This document shows, one piece after another, positions 9,403 through 17,952 of a stretch of DNA of 64,000 bases; the stretch's first letter is position 1, and each line of letters starts with the position of its first letter. This DNA is from a virus. Lineage: Duplodnaviria; Caudoviricetes. The DNA is taken from IMG/VR virus record IMGVR_UViG_3300033148_003473, positions 1,552 to 65,551 of that record. One strand, 5' to 3'. A program made the translations under genes and the position numbers. The notes beneath the pieces are model-generated. The model searched no databases. It saw only the letters and a list, made by a program, of their open reading frames with translations, and had not been told where the DNA came from.

Positions 9403-9651
9403 TCACTCCTTCAATATCGGTACACACCAAACGCTTGTCATACCGTCGGGTCTCGATACAGCACCGCAAACCTTCACCTGATAGTCGTAGTGGTGCTGTT
9501 CGTCAATGACCTGTACAACGTCGCCCTTTCGCAGCCACGGTTCGCGAAGCGTACAGAATTCACGGTAGCCCAGCCGCTCGTGCTTGCGACTAAGTAGTCG
9601 CCACCGCCACCAGCGGTAAAGCTCAACGATTCTGTCCCACAACCAGAGCAA
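9403..9651 (-). CDS. hypothetical protein
   Basis: ORF abutting neighbours. Confidence 0.5.
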   Translation of the reverse strand: MLWLWDRIVELYRWWRWRLLSRKHERLGYREFCTLREPWLRKGDVVQVIDEQHHYDYQVKVCGAVSRPDGMTSVWCVPILKE

Positions 9652-10764
9652 TCAGTTCACCCCCAATGCGTCCTTCAGCGTCTCAACCACACGGTCCACA
9701 TCGTTGGCGGTCATGGCCGGAAATAGAGGAAGTGTTAGGGCTCGTTCGTAGTAAGCATCGGCGTTCGGGAATGTCTGCCCGGGTCGCACGTACTTGTGAT
9801 AAAGACTCATTTGATGCAGTGGTTTGTAGTGGACCTGCACCCCTATGCCGTGTTTGTGCATGTAGTGGTAGACAGCTTGGCGGTCAGCGCTTTTGGGCAA
9901 CTGTACCGGATAGATATGGCACGCATGAAGCCTGTCTTCGGGCCACGGTGGGAGCTGTAGCCCGTCAACCCCTGCGAGGCACAGGTCGTACATAGTCCAC
10001 AGTTCGCGACGGGCATCGAGGTAGCGGTCGAGTCGCGCCAGCTGGCTTAATCCGAGTGCGGCCTGAATGTCTGACAGGCGGTAATTATAGCCGGTAGCGA
10101 TTAACAGTCGTTCCCAGTCCACGTAGGGCGCCTGACCGTGATTCCGTAGTGCCCGTATGCCATTGGCGGATTGTTCATCATTCGTTAGTATCGCTCCACC
10201 CTCAGCGGTCGTGATGTGTTTGGCGGGGTGGAAACTGAGGCAGGTGAAGTCAGGGTACTCGGTGTTACAAGCACCCAATGAGTGGCAGGCGTCGGAAATC
10301 AGGTACAGTTCCTGGCCAACCAGGTTAGCCTCGGTCACGTAAGCTCCCAGTGTTCGGCACTCCGCAGGTAATCCAGCAAAGTCCACGGCCATAACTACCC
10401 TTACGTCGTCGTTCATAAGGGTATCCACGCAGTCGAGGTCAATAGTCAGGTCCTCGCCCACGTCAGCCATCACCGGTGTAGCCCCACAATAGAGCACCGC
10501 ATTGGCGGTAGCTGCAAATGTGAGTGCAGGTACTATTACCTGGTCGCCCGGGCCCACCCCTGCGGCGAGTAGAGCTAAATGGAGCGCCGCCGTTCCCGAG
10601 TTGACCGCCACGGCATGATTCGCCCCCGTCACCTCGCATAGTGCCTGCTCGAACTCGGCCACCTTCGGTCCCTGTGTTAACCTATCGCCTTTCAACACCT
10701 CGACCACGGCGTCTATGTCGGTCTGTGTTATTTCGTGAGCTGCGTAAGGGAGGTAGTCCGTCAC
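9652..10764 (-). CDS. pseC: PseC-like UDP-4-keto-6-deoxy-HexNAc aminotransferase (DegT/DnrJ family)
   Basis: LTQGPKVAEFE, NSGTAALH, DACHSLG, SFHPAKHITTAEGG (PLP lysine), GYNYRLSDIQAALG, GVQVHY. Confidence 0.88.
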   Translation of the reverse strand: MTDYLPYAAHEITQTDIDAVVEVLKGDRLTQGPKVAEFEQALCEVTGANHAVAVNSGTAALHLALLAAGVGPGDQVIVPALTFAATANAVLYCGATPVMADVGEDLTIDLDCVDTLMNDDVRVVMAVDFAGLPAECRTLGAYVTEANLVGQELYLISDACHSLGACNTEYPDFTCLSFHPAKHITTAEGGAILTNDEQSANGIRALRNHGQAPYVDWERLLIATGYNYRLSDIQAALGLSQLARLDRYLDARRELWTMYDLCLAGVDGLQLPPWPEDRLHACHIYPVQLPKSADRQAVYHYMHKHGIGVQVHYKPLHQMSLYHKYVRPGQTFPNADAYYERALTLPLFPAMTANDVDRVVETLKDALGVN

Positions 10765-11756
10765 ACCGTCACCCCCACGGTGGTAAGCAAATCTCGCATG
10801 GTTTCAACGTCCAGCCACTCGGTGTTCGTGTCTGACCTGTAGCTCCAATTTTCGGGTACGCGCTTCCCGCTCGTGTCCTGTCTACCCCAGTAGGGACTCA
10901 CTGGCTGTATCAGGTAGTAATCGCCCATGTCGAGTGTGTGTGCGGCTTCCTCCTCAGTAATAAGCACCTCGTAGCTCCGTTCGTAGGCGCGGAGGCCCAC
11001 GATTTCGTGCTCAGCGTTGGGAGCGATTGCCTCGGCCAGGTCAGCAAGCTTCATGCTCTTGAGCTGCGGTACGAATATCTCGCCACCAGTCATGTCGCCA
11101 AGCCGGTCAATGACGAACCGTACAGCATCAGGCAGCGTTATCCAGAAGCGCGTCATGCTGGGGTCGGTGATTTGAATGGAGCCCGCTTCGCGTTGCTTCG
11201 CCCAGATTTCCACCACGGAACCGCGTGAACCGAGCACGTTGCCATAACGGACAACCGACAGGTGAGCGCCCGAGTGGGTCGCGTAGCCGTTGAAGTAGAC
11301 CCACATGGACTCACCAACAGCTTTAGTTTCGCCGTATAGCGTAACGGGGACTGTAGCCTTGTCCGAGCTTAGGAGTATCGCCCGTGGGACGTGGTTCGCT
11401 ATCGCCGCGTCGGCCACGTTGGTGGTGCCGTTAATGTTGGTCTTGGCAGCCTCGTCGGGGCTGTACTCACAGACCTCGATACGCTTTAGTGCTGCGGCAT
11501 GAACGATAACGTCCACACCGGTGGCCGCTCTTATGACCCGTTCGCGGTCGCGCACGTCGCCTATGAGCCAACGTAGCCTTGGATCGTCGCCGAACTCACA
11601 GCGCATGTCGTACTGCTTCTTCTCGTCACGGCTGAATATACGGATTGCATGTGGGCTGTGGTTCGCCAGAACTTCCCTGCAAAAAGCGTGACCGAAGGAC
11701 CCCGTACCCCCGGTCAGAAGAATGGTTGTGTTGTTGAGCGTCACCCCGGTAGTCAC
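10761..11756 (-). CDS. pseB: PseB-like UDP-GlcNAc 4,6-dehydratase (inverting)
   Basis: TGGTGSFG, SRDEKKQ, GDVRD, HAAALK, SSDKA, YGETK, RYGNVLGSRGSV, ITDPSMTRFWI. Confidence 0.9.
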   Translation of the reverse strand: MTTGVTLNNTTILLTGGTGSFGHAFCREVLANHSPHAIRIFSRDEKKQYDMRCEFGDDPRLRWLIGDVRDRERVIRAATGVDVIVHAAALKRIEVCEYSPDEAAKTNINGTTNVADAAIANHVPRAILLSSDKATVPVTLYGETKAVGESMWVYFNGYATHSGAHLSVVRYGNVLGSRGSVVEIWAKQREAGSIQITDPSMTRFWITLPDAVRFVIDRLGDMTGGEIFVPQLKSMKLADLAEAIAPNAEHEIVGLRAYERSYEVLITEEEAAHTLDMGDYYLIQPVSPYWGRQDTSGKRVPENWSYRSDTNTEWLDVETMRDLLTTVGVTV

Positions 11757-12001
11757 CCCTTCTCGTTCTGTTTCCACCCCAGTCCTGCCAAATCCAATTT
11801 CCCTCGCTGCGCCACCTCCTGAAACACGGGTAGCAGCTCGGTCATGTCGAGGTCCAGTGGTCTACCGTGAATTACGCCAAAAGCTAGAGCTGCCCTGTAG
11901 AGCGCGTCGCCCGGATTGTCCTCGCTGAGCACAGTTTCGCGAAACGTAACTGTGGCCGCCTCGAACTCCTCTGCAGCCTTGAGCACGTCGTGGTAGCTCA
12001 C
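11753..12001 (-). CDS. hypothetical protein
   Basis: ORF with start/stop overlaps on both sides. Confidence 0.55.
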   Translation of the reverse strand: MSYHDVLKAAEEFEAATVTFRETVLSEDNPGDALYRAALAFGVIHGRPLDLDMTELLPVFQEVAQRGKLDLAGLGWKQNEKG

Positions 12002-12528
12002 GCTTCCACCTCCACCTTGAGCTCCTGCCAGTCAGCACGATTAAACGAGAACCACAGCGACGGCCAGAACTCCCCCGCCCAGTATTTCCGCTTGGGCAAC
12101 ACCGTCGTGTAAGCGTTGTAGCGGTCCGCCATGCGTTGCCAGAAGTCGATAGCGGGGTTCGACGCATAGCACTCACCGTACACGGTCTCCAGCCCGAGAT
12201 AGTCGAACGCCTGTTCAAGGATTAGTTCGACCACCTGTGCTCCAAGCCCCTGCCCACGCAGGTCGGGCCGCACATTCAGCGCAATCTCGGCAGTGCGGTT
12301 TTCCCACTGGATACCGACGAGTGAAGCGTGCGCCACGAACTCTCCGGCTTCCAATACAGCCCACGAACGGCGGTTGGAGTTCCTGTCGCAGATAACACGC
12401 TCGTACCAGTCGCGTTGCATTTCTTCAGTGAGGTAGAACGGTGTTCGCCAGGGGGCTAAATTCTCGTTGCGCCACTGACGGATTTGCTCAGCATACTCGG
12501 CAGTGAGTGGGGCGAGCGTGAGTGTCAT
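11998..12528 (-). CDS. GNAT N-acetyltransferase (PseH-like)
   Basis: IRQWRN, RGQGLG acetyl-CoA motif, AFDYLGL, NPAIDFW; adjacent to pseB. Confidence 0.75.
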   Translation of the reverse strand: MTLTLAPLTAEYAEQIRQWRNENLAPWRTPFYLTEEMQRDWYERVICDRNSNRRSWAVLEAGEFVAHASLVGIQWENRTAEIALNVRPDLRGQGLGAQVVELILEQAFDYLGLETVYGECYASNPAIDFWQRMADRYNAYTTVLPKRKYWAGEFWPSLWFSFNRADWQELKVEVEA

Positions 12529-12728
12529 AATGTGGTCGCCTTGCCTATTGCCCATAGATACTCGTATATCTGCTTATGGAACCTCTCGCCCAGTTGTCTA
12601 TCGTCAGGCTTGCCTATCTTCTCCCATGTCTGGCGGGTCAAAATCAAATCAACGGTCTGCGTACTCCCGCTTGGCGATACCGATATGCTAATAGTATCGC
12701 TCACCCCAACAAGCACCCCTTTCAGCAT
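12525..12728 (-). CDS. hypothetical protein
   Basis: overlapping start/stop with neighbours. Confidence 0.5.
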   Translation of the reverse strand: MLKGVLVGVSDTISISVSPSGSTQTVDLILTRQTWEKIGKPDDRQLGERFHKQIYEYLWAIGKATTL

Positions 12729-13384
12729 ACCTCCCGCACCGTCTCGAACGCCTCAGCACATTCAACCCCGGCCACCGAACCCCAGTAACGGTGACGGGCG
12801 CAGATGGCCTCCATGCTTCGCGGGTGTGGGAAGTCGCGTAGTTCGCTCTCGTAGCAGCTAAGCGCCTCCAGTTTGGTCTGCTCATAATCGCCAATATCAA
12901 CGAAGTGGTTCGGTCTGAACGGTCTCAGGCCCCATTCCGTACTACTGGGTACCTCGTAGGCGTAAATCGCCTTCACGTTACTGCTGTGCGGCCTACAGGC
13001 TATCAGTGTGGCCTCGTGTACGCGGCGGTGGTCCTGGTTCAGGTCGGCGTAGGAGTGGGTGTAGACGGTGTGGGGGTTGAAGTTTTCGAGCATGAACTCA
13101 ACATGTTTAGCAATGTCCAGCAACGCAACTTGGTCAAGGCGCTGGTCAGGTTCATTGGCCTGTCTGTAGTCTGTGAAGCCCAGCACCCCTACTGCACGCT
13201 CAAGCGCGTTCATACGCTCTATTTGCGCGAATTCTCTACCTAACGCATTGCCCCCAAAGCGCGAAGCCACGCCCCTTGAAAGCGTCATAAGGTAGACCGT
13301 ATCACCCTCAGCCACATGCCTCGCGATAGTGCCACCCATGAAGCTCTCGTCATCGCAGTGTGCCGCTACGATGAGGATGTTCAT
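12722..13384 (-). CDS. PIG-L/LmbE family deacetylase
   Basis: AAHCDDE, DLNQDH, PNHFVDI, KLEALSCYESE, PHPRS, AEAF. Confidence 0.88.
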   Translation of the reverse strand: MNILIVAAHCDDESFMGGTIARHVAEGDTVYLMTLSRGVASRFGGNALGREFAQIERMNALERAVGVLGFTDYRQANEPDQRLDQVALLDIAKHVEFMLENFNPHTVYTHSYADLNQDHRRVHEATLIACRPHSSNVKAIYAYEVPSSTEWGLRPFRPNHFVDIGDYEQTKLEALSCYESELRDFPHPRSMEAICARHRYWGSVAGVECAEAFETVREVC

Positions 13385-13551
13385 GTCCAGTAGTCCATTT
13401 CCGTCAGCCGTCCAACAGTGTAACCAGCAACATACACAGCAAACACAAAGAACAACGCAAGCCAGAACTCAACAGTCATCCACGTATACCCCAACCAACC
13501 CAAACCCAGCCCCGTCAGGCCGCCAATAATGCTTGAGATTATAGTCCTCAC
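13381..13551 (-). CDS. small membrane protein (56 aa)
   Basis: translated by hand: MRTIISSIIGGLTGLGLGWLGYTWMTVEFWLALFFVFAVYVAGYTVGRLTEMDYWT. Confidence 0.55.
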   Translation of the reverse strand: MRTIISSIIGGLTGLGLGWLGYTWMTVEFWLALFFVFAVYVAGYTVGRLTEMDYWT

Positions 13552-13631
13552 CCCAGCTCACCCCTTCTCGAAATGCTCCCACCCATGAAGCTCTCATCGT
13601 CTGGGTGTGCTGCTATGACGAGGACGTTCAT
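13548..13631 (-). pseudogene. chimeric remnant: 5' end of a second PIG-L gene joined to 3' end of a second PseI gene
   Basis: MNVLVIAAHPDDESFMG then, in another frame, WEHFEKG-stop, identical in amino acids to the PseI C-terminus at 14122-14145. Confidence 0.7.
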
Positions 13632-14116
13632 GGCTTGCGATCTTTAAGATCTTCGTAGACCATGGGCTCTACATCGGCACGCCAACCTAGTGCTGCACGC
13701 AGGTCTATCCACATGCCCTCAGGAATCTTGATGGAATATTTGTTATTCCACACATCATAAGCGCCAAGCTTGGGTATATCTATATCCACTACTTTGCCGT
13801 CAAATATGCCAACTTGATAGTCGTCTCGGCGAATGCGGTCCAGTTTATTATTTTCACAATCCCCTCGAAGGCCTATCCTGATTTCATTGACCTTCGCCCT
13901 AGCGAGATAAATCGGGGCTTCTTTGAGCCATTCATCAAGCTCGATGCCCACTTTCGATGTTCCTGATGCTGCTTCAGTTTGGCGCGCCTCGGCCTTTTCT
14001 AGTCGCGCTTGCGCCTTGCGGTAACTCGCCTCCATGCGATTGCTCATAAGCCACCCCGCAATGCATGAGACCATTAACGTAGTTCCTATGCCCCACAGAA
14101 AACTGGGCCAATCCAT
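13628..14116 (-). CDS. membrane-anchored hypothetical protein (lower GC)
   Basis: N-terminal TM helix followed by coiled coil. Confidence 0.6.
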   Translation of the reverse strand: MDWPSFLWGIGTTLMVSCIAGWLMSNRMEASYRKAQARLEKAEARQTEAASGTSKVGIELDEWLKEAPIYLARAKVNEIRIGLRGDCENNKLDRIRRDDYQVGIFDGKVVDIDIPKLGAYDVWNNKYSIKIPEGMWIDLRAALGWRADVEPMVYEDLKDRKP

Positions 14117-14121
14117 TCAAT

Positions 14122-15084
14122 TCACCCCTTTTCAAAATGCTCCCAGAGAATCGCCTCGTCAGGCGCGTAGTTTCGTGGTGCCTGCCTACCGTAAAGTGCG
14201 TGCATGTCGCGGGGCTCGATTCCGCCGTGCCCCGTCCGCTTACAGCCAAGGTTGGCCCCAGTTAATCTCTCACCCACAGTAATGCGCTTGCTCGCAACCA
14301 CGTACCGTCTTGCCACGCGCAGTAATTCTTGCTCCTCCGCAAGCGGCCATTTCTTGCCGTCGCCGAGCAGGCGTTCGGTCTCGCGAATGTCGGCAACCAA
14401 TTGCCTTAATTCGTCGGGCTCACAGGCAAAGTGGTGGTCGGGGCCCTCCATGGTCTTATCCAGTGTGAAGTGCTTTTCAATAACGGTTGCACCCAAGCCA
14501 ACCGCTATCATGCAGGCAAGGTTCCCGAGCGTGTGGTCGGAGTAGCCTATCCGAAAGTTCGGGAAGGCCCGTTGAAGCGTCGTGATTGCCCGCAGATTCG
14601 CGTTCTGGGCCGGATACGCCATGACACAGTGCAGGAGCGTCACGTCGCAGTTGCGTAGGCGTTTGACGCTTGTGCGTATCTCGTCGAGCGTACACCCGCC
14701 TGTGGAGAGAAATACCGGCCAGCCTGTCTCGTTGATAGCGTCAATCAGCGGCAGGTTGGTCAGGTTCGAGCTCGAGACCTTGAGTTGCGGCGGATTGAGG
14801 TCCAGTACGTCGTCGAGTAGAGGAACGCTCACTACCGTCGCAAAGGCGTCGAGGCCCAAGGCATTGGCGTGGGCGTAAAGCATTTCATAGTCCTCATGGT
14901 CGAGTTCACCACGACGGAAGGTGGCGTAATACTCTGAGTCGGGTGTACAGATTCCACTAGCTACCACGTACTGGAACTTCACTGCGTCGGCTCCGGCCTC
15001 ATGTGCAGCGTCAATCAGCTCAGTTGCAAGGCCCGTGTCGCCCTGGTGGTTTAGGCCGATTTCGGCGACAATGTAGGTGGTCAT
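14122..15084 (-). CDS. nonulosonic acid synthase (NeuB/PseI family) with C-terminal SAF domain
   Basis: IVAEIGLNHQGD, DAVKFQ, LLHCVMAYP, GYSDHTLG, IEKHFTLD..GPDH. Confidence 0.92.
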   Translation of the reverse strand: MTTYIVAEIGLNHQGDTGLATELIDAAHEAGADAVKFQYVVASGICTPDSEYYATFRRGELDHEDYEMLYAHANALGLDAFATVVSVPLLDDVLDLNPPQLKVSSSNLTNLPLIDAINETGWPVFLSTGGCTLDEIRTSVKRLRNCDVTLLHCVMAYPAQNANLRAITTLQRAFPNFRIGYSDHTLGNLACMIAVGLGATVIEKHFTLDKTMEGPDHHFACEPDELRQLVADIRETERLLGDGKKWPLAEEQELLRVARRYVVASKRITVGERLTGANLGCKRTGHGGIEPRDMHALYGRQAPRNYAPDEAILWEHFEKG

Positions 15085-15323
15085 GGTCTTTTACTCTGCA
15101 CGTAGTCGGTTATGTCCTGCCACCAAACAAGGTTGTACCGTATAGGCCCCATTTTGAAAGTGAGTTCTCTGGCTCGCTCGCTTTCAACGGCTTCCTGTTG
15201 CATTTTCCGAAGCCAATCTAGCGGGTGTATGTTGATTGTGGCCGTGCGCGTTTCCGCGCCTCCTGCGTATGGATTGTACTGCTCATAGCGCACAAAGTAA
15301 TGCCGCTCAGCCACCCAGTTCAC
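15081..15323 (-). CDS. hypothetical protein
   Basis: overlapping start/stop with neighbours. Confidence 0.55.
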   Translation of the reverse strand: MNWVAERHYFVRYEQYNPYAGGAETRTATINIHPLDWLRKMQQEAVESERARELTFKMGPIRYNLVWWQDITDYVQSKRP

Positions 15324-16048
15324 CCCTTTCCAATCTCTTTCGCCGGATCCCCCACCACCGTCACCCCTGCCGGTACGTCCCGTGTCACCACTGCCCCAGC
15401 CCCCACGGTTGCACGTTCACCTACCCGTACATGGTTTAGCACCACTGCATTGGCGTACACAGTCGCATTATCTTCGAGCACACATGAGCCACAGAGTACC
15501 ACACCCGGGGCAATGAAGCAGTTCCTACCCACCTGCACGTTGTGGCCCACTGTGACTCGGTTGCCGATTTTGGTGCCGTCGCCGATACGGGTATCCATGA
15601 GGTTGCCGCGCATGACCACGGTGTAGGGGCCAAGGTCCACGTCCTCGCCAATGACTACCCCGCCAAGGTGATAGACTTCGACGTATTCGGGACCGTCCTG
15701 TGCGTAAGATAGCCCTGTTGCCCCCAATACGGCCTCGCGAGCAATATTTGCACTACGAGCCACGTTGAGCGTTGGTGGTGGTGGACCGCTTGGGAAGAGT
15801 TTGTGTAGCAGTAGCGCAAAGGTCAGCCGTGGGTTACTGCTCGGGATTATGGCCCGATAATCGTGTGGTTCGCCCATATCGCAGACCACGATACCGCGTT
15901 CGGGGATATTACCCGTCTCGACGAAGCAGAGCGTGAACGTATCGGAATCCTCAGGGGTACTCACACCGAGCACAGGGTGACGGTCAAAACCGTGGTAGTT
16001 GTCGGTCAAGTCGCGCAGGTCCATGGGGTTCTGTGCAGGTATCACCAT
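15320..16048 (-). CDS. hexapeptide-repeat (LpxD/NeuD-like) acyltransferase
   Basis: NPRLTFA, HLGGVVIGEDVDLG, TKIGNRVTVGHNV, VGAGAVVTRDVP..VVGDPAK. Confidence 0.85.
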   Translation of the reverse strand: MVIPAQNPMDLRDLTDNYHGFDRHPVLGVSTPEDSDTFTLCFVETGNIPERGIVVCDMGEPHDYRAIIPSSNPRLTFALLLHKLFPSGPPPPTLNVARSANIAREAVLGATGLSYAQDGPEYVEVYHLGGVVIGEDVDLGPYTVVMRGNLMDTRIGDGTKIGNRVTVGHNVQVGRNCFIAPGVVLCGSCVLEDNATVYANAVVLNHVRVGERATVGAGAVVTRDVPAGVTVVGDPAKEIGKG

Positions 16049-16608
16049 GCACCGTCCACCCGGGCGAAGCGTATTGTGCCCACATGTTCCTCGTTGTCGT
16101 AGATGCTGGACTCGGTAAACTTGGGACTGCCACAGCGCCCCTCGTAGCAGAGGTGACATTCACTGCCGTCAAGGGGACGGTGTAAGAACAGGTTGGTCAG
16201 TGCCCACTTACTCGGGCCATAGGTCGCGATATGCAGGTGCTTATTCGCGGCCACCACCGTCTCTATCGGGTTACACTGCCCGCGCCCGGTTATCGCCCAC
16301 CAATCACCCCAATCGTGCTCAACCCGTACCTCGCCCTCGCGGCAGGGATTCCTGCCCCGTATCTCGCCTGGACGTACCACGAGCCAACCCTTACGTTTCT
16401 TGCCGTCAGTCTCAATATCGAACTTCACGTTCCAGAACGGCGGTTCGTCCTCGTCTACAATCAATGTAAGTGGGCCGCGAGCCCAGTGCCGAAACTCCAT
16501 ATAGAGCGAGTCGAAATCGCCAAAGAGCTGTACTACCGCGTCGTACATGTCAGTGCCGTGGAGATAGTCTCTTTGGCCCTTGTAGCGGAGGCGGAGGGGG
16601 ATTCTCAT
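16042..16608 (-). CDS. hypothetical protein, possibly hotdog-fold
   Basis: YKGQRDYLHGTDMYD motif; fold assignment is a guess. Confidence 0.45.
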   Translation of the reverse strand: MRIPLRLRYKGQRDYLHGTDMYDAVVQLFGDFDSLYMEFRHWARGPLTLIVDEDEPPFWNVKFDIETDGKKRKGWLVVRPGEIRGRNPCREGEVRVEHDWGDWWAITGRGQCNPIETVVAANKHLHIATYGPSKWALTNLFLHRPLDGSECHLCYEGRCGSPKFTESSIYDNEEHVGTIRFARVDGAW

Positions 16609-16790
16609 GGTTTCCCCTCCTCTTCAATCTGTTCTCTTGCAAACGCAATCAGGCACTTCCAACTACATACCTCAAACCGCAAGACGTCTCCAAACTCCAC
16701 CACGTCGTCCCTACGCTCCACACACAGCCGTACATGATACGGGTGGTCGAAATACTTGCCGCAATGGTCACAACGGAAAGCCTCACTCAC
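16605..16790 (-). CDS. small zinc-binding protein
   Basis: CDHC...CSWKC. Confidence 0.55.
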   Translation of the reverse strand: MSEAFRCDHCGKYFDHPYHVRLCVERRDDVVEFGDVLRFEVCSWKCLIAFAREQIEEEGKP

Positions 16791-17002
16791 CCCAACAACA
16801 CCCCATCAGCGCCGCCCCAGTCCCGTCGCAGGTCGGCGTCAGTTATCTGTCCTACCCACCCTGTGCCATTACAGCGCAGACATGCTACGACCTCATTGGT
16901 TTCTATGTGGCGCAGTTGCCCTGCGCCGCAACATGCCGGACAGAGATATGCTGTCGCCGTTGTTGGGCTCACAATGTACGGCGCATAATCTTCGCGTTTC
17001 AC
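16787..17002 (-). CDS. small DnaJ-type zinc finger protein
   Basis: CPACCGAG...CLRCNGTG. Confidence 0.55.
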   Translation of the reverse strand: MKREDYAPYIVSPTTATAYLCPACCGAGQLRHIETNEVVACLRCNGTGWVGQITDADLRRDWGGADGVLLG

Positions 17003-17017
17003 CCCAACTTCACCCCT

Positions 17018-17746
17018 TTACATATTGGTCGGTCCCGCGTGTTGTCGTATCAATCGGTTGCGCTGTAGCACCAGCGGGTTCCGGTCCAGATAGCCCACAA
17101 TCTCTTCTGCCGTGGCCCAGTACCCCAACTCGGCCACGAGCTTGCGTACAACTTCGAGGTCTTCGGGTTCGTCCACACACAGCCGATAGTCGGGCCTACA
17201 CAGTGCCTGTGGCGCCCACACGTTGCGAACATTGAAATCAATAGCGTGCTGGTAAAGGTAGCGCGTTGGATGCTCGCGACAATCCTGCGTCAGGCTTGGT
17301 ACGCTATCGAGTGCGCGGAGCGTCGAGTAGGCGATAACCTCCGTGTCGAAGCCTCTTGGGTAGGTGCGCGGGTAGGCGTTCGTGGCGAGCGTTACACCCT
17401 CGTCGAAGGCCCGTACTACCCGGTCCACTGTCTCAGGGTCAATGAGCGGGCAGTCGCCCGTGATACGCACCACCGTGTCTGCTTCGAGTTCGTTGGCCGC
17501 ATGCACGTACTCACCCAGTACGTTGCGGTCTACTCCTGTCGCGAAGCAGGGATAGCCCCAGAGCCTTACCAGCGTGGCGAGTTCGGTGTCTTCCTTCGGC
17601 ACGGTGACGGCTATCTCGTCGAGCGTGGTGCAGTGCTGGAGGCGTTCAAGTAGAAGATGTAGGAGGTAGAAGTCGCCGATTGTTGCGAGTACCTTACGCG
17701 GAAAGCGCTCGCTGCCGAGGCGAGCCTGGACTACGGCGACGTTCAT
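17018..17746 (-). CDS. CMP-nonulosonate synthetase / SpsF-like cytidylyltransferase
   Basis: QARLGSERFPRKVL, VVRITGDCPLIDP, TYPRGFDTEV, REHPT, RLCVDEPEDL. Confidence 0.88.
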   Translation of the reverse strand: MNVAVVQARLGSERFPRKVLATIGDFYLLHLLLERLQHCTTLDEIAVTVPKEDTELATLVRLWGYPCFATGVDRNVLGEYVHAANELEADTVVRITGDCPLIDPETVDRVVRAFDEGVTLATNAYPRTYPRGFDTEVIAYSTLRALDSVPSLTQDCREHPTRYLYQHAIDFNVRNVWAPQALCRPDYRLCVDEPEDLEVVRKLVAELGYWATAEEIVGYLDRNPLVLQRNRLIRQHAGPTNM

Positions 17747-17937
17747 AGTTTGCGCCGCAACTTCCGGCAATCATGTTCAAGCAGCAACGCCACGATAGCC
17801 AGGGATCCTAGCATGATTCTGGACGCCCACTCGGGCTGAAGCCCTAGCAGGACCGCCACAGCGACACCGAGAGCGGCACAAACAAGCGTGATGATAGTGA
17901 CCTTCACCATCGTGTGTAGTCGGTCGAATTGTTTCAT
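17743..17937 (-). CDS. small two-TM membrane protein
   Basis: two hydrophobic stretches. Confidence 0.55.
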   Translation of the reverse strand: MKQFDRLHTMVKVTIITLVCAALGVAVAVLLGLQPEWASRIMLGSLAIVALLLEHDCRKLRRKL

Positions 17938-17952
17938 CACCCCACCCACCCC

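Noticed and set aside
9652-17746. Host DNA contamination or prophage boundary
   Set aside because: Flanked on both sides by head genes, translationally coupled and interspersed with phage-type small ORFs
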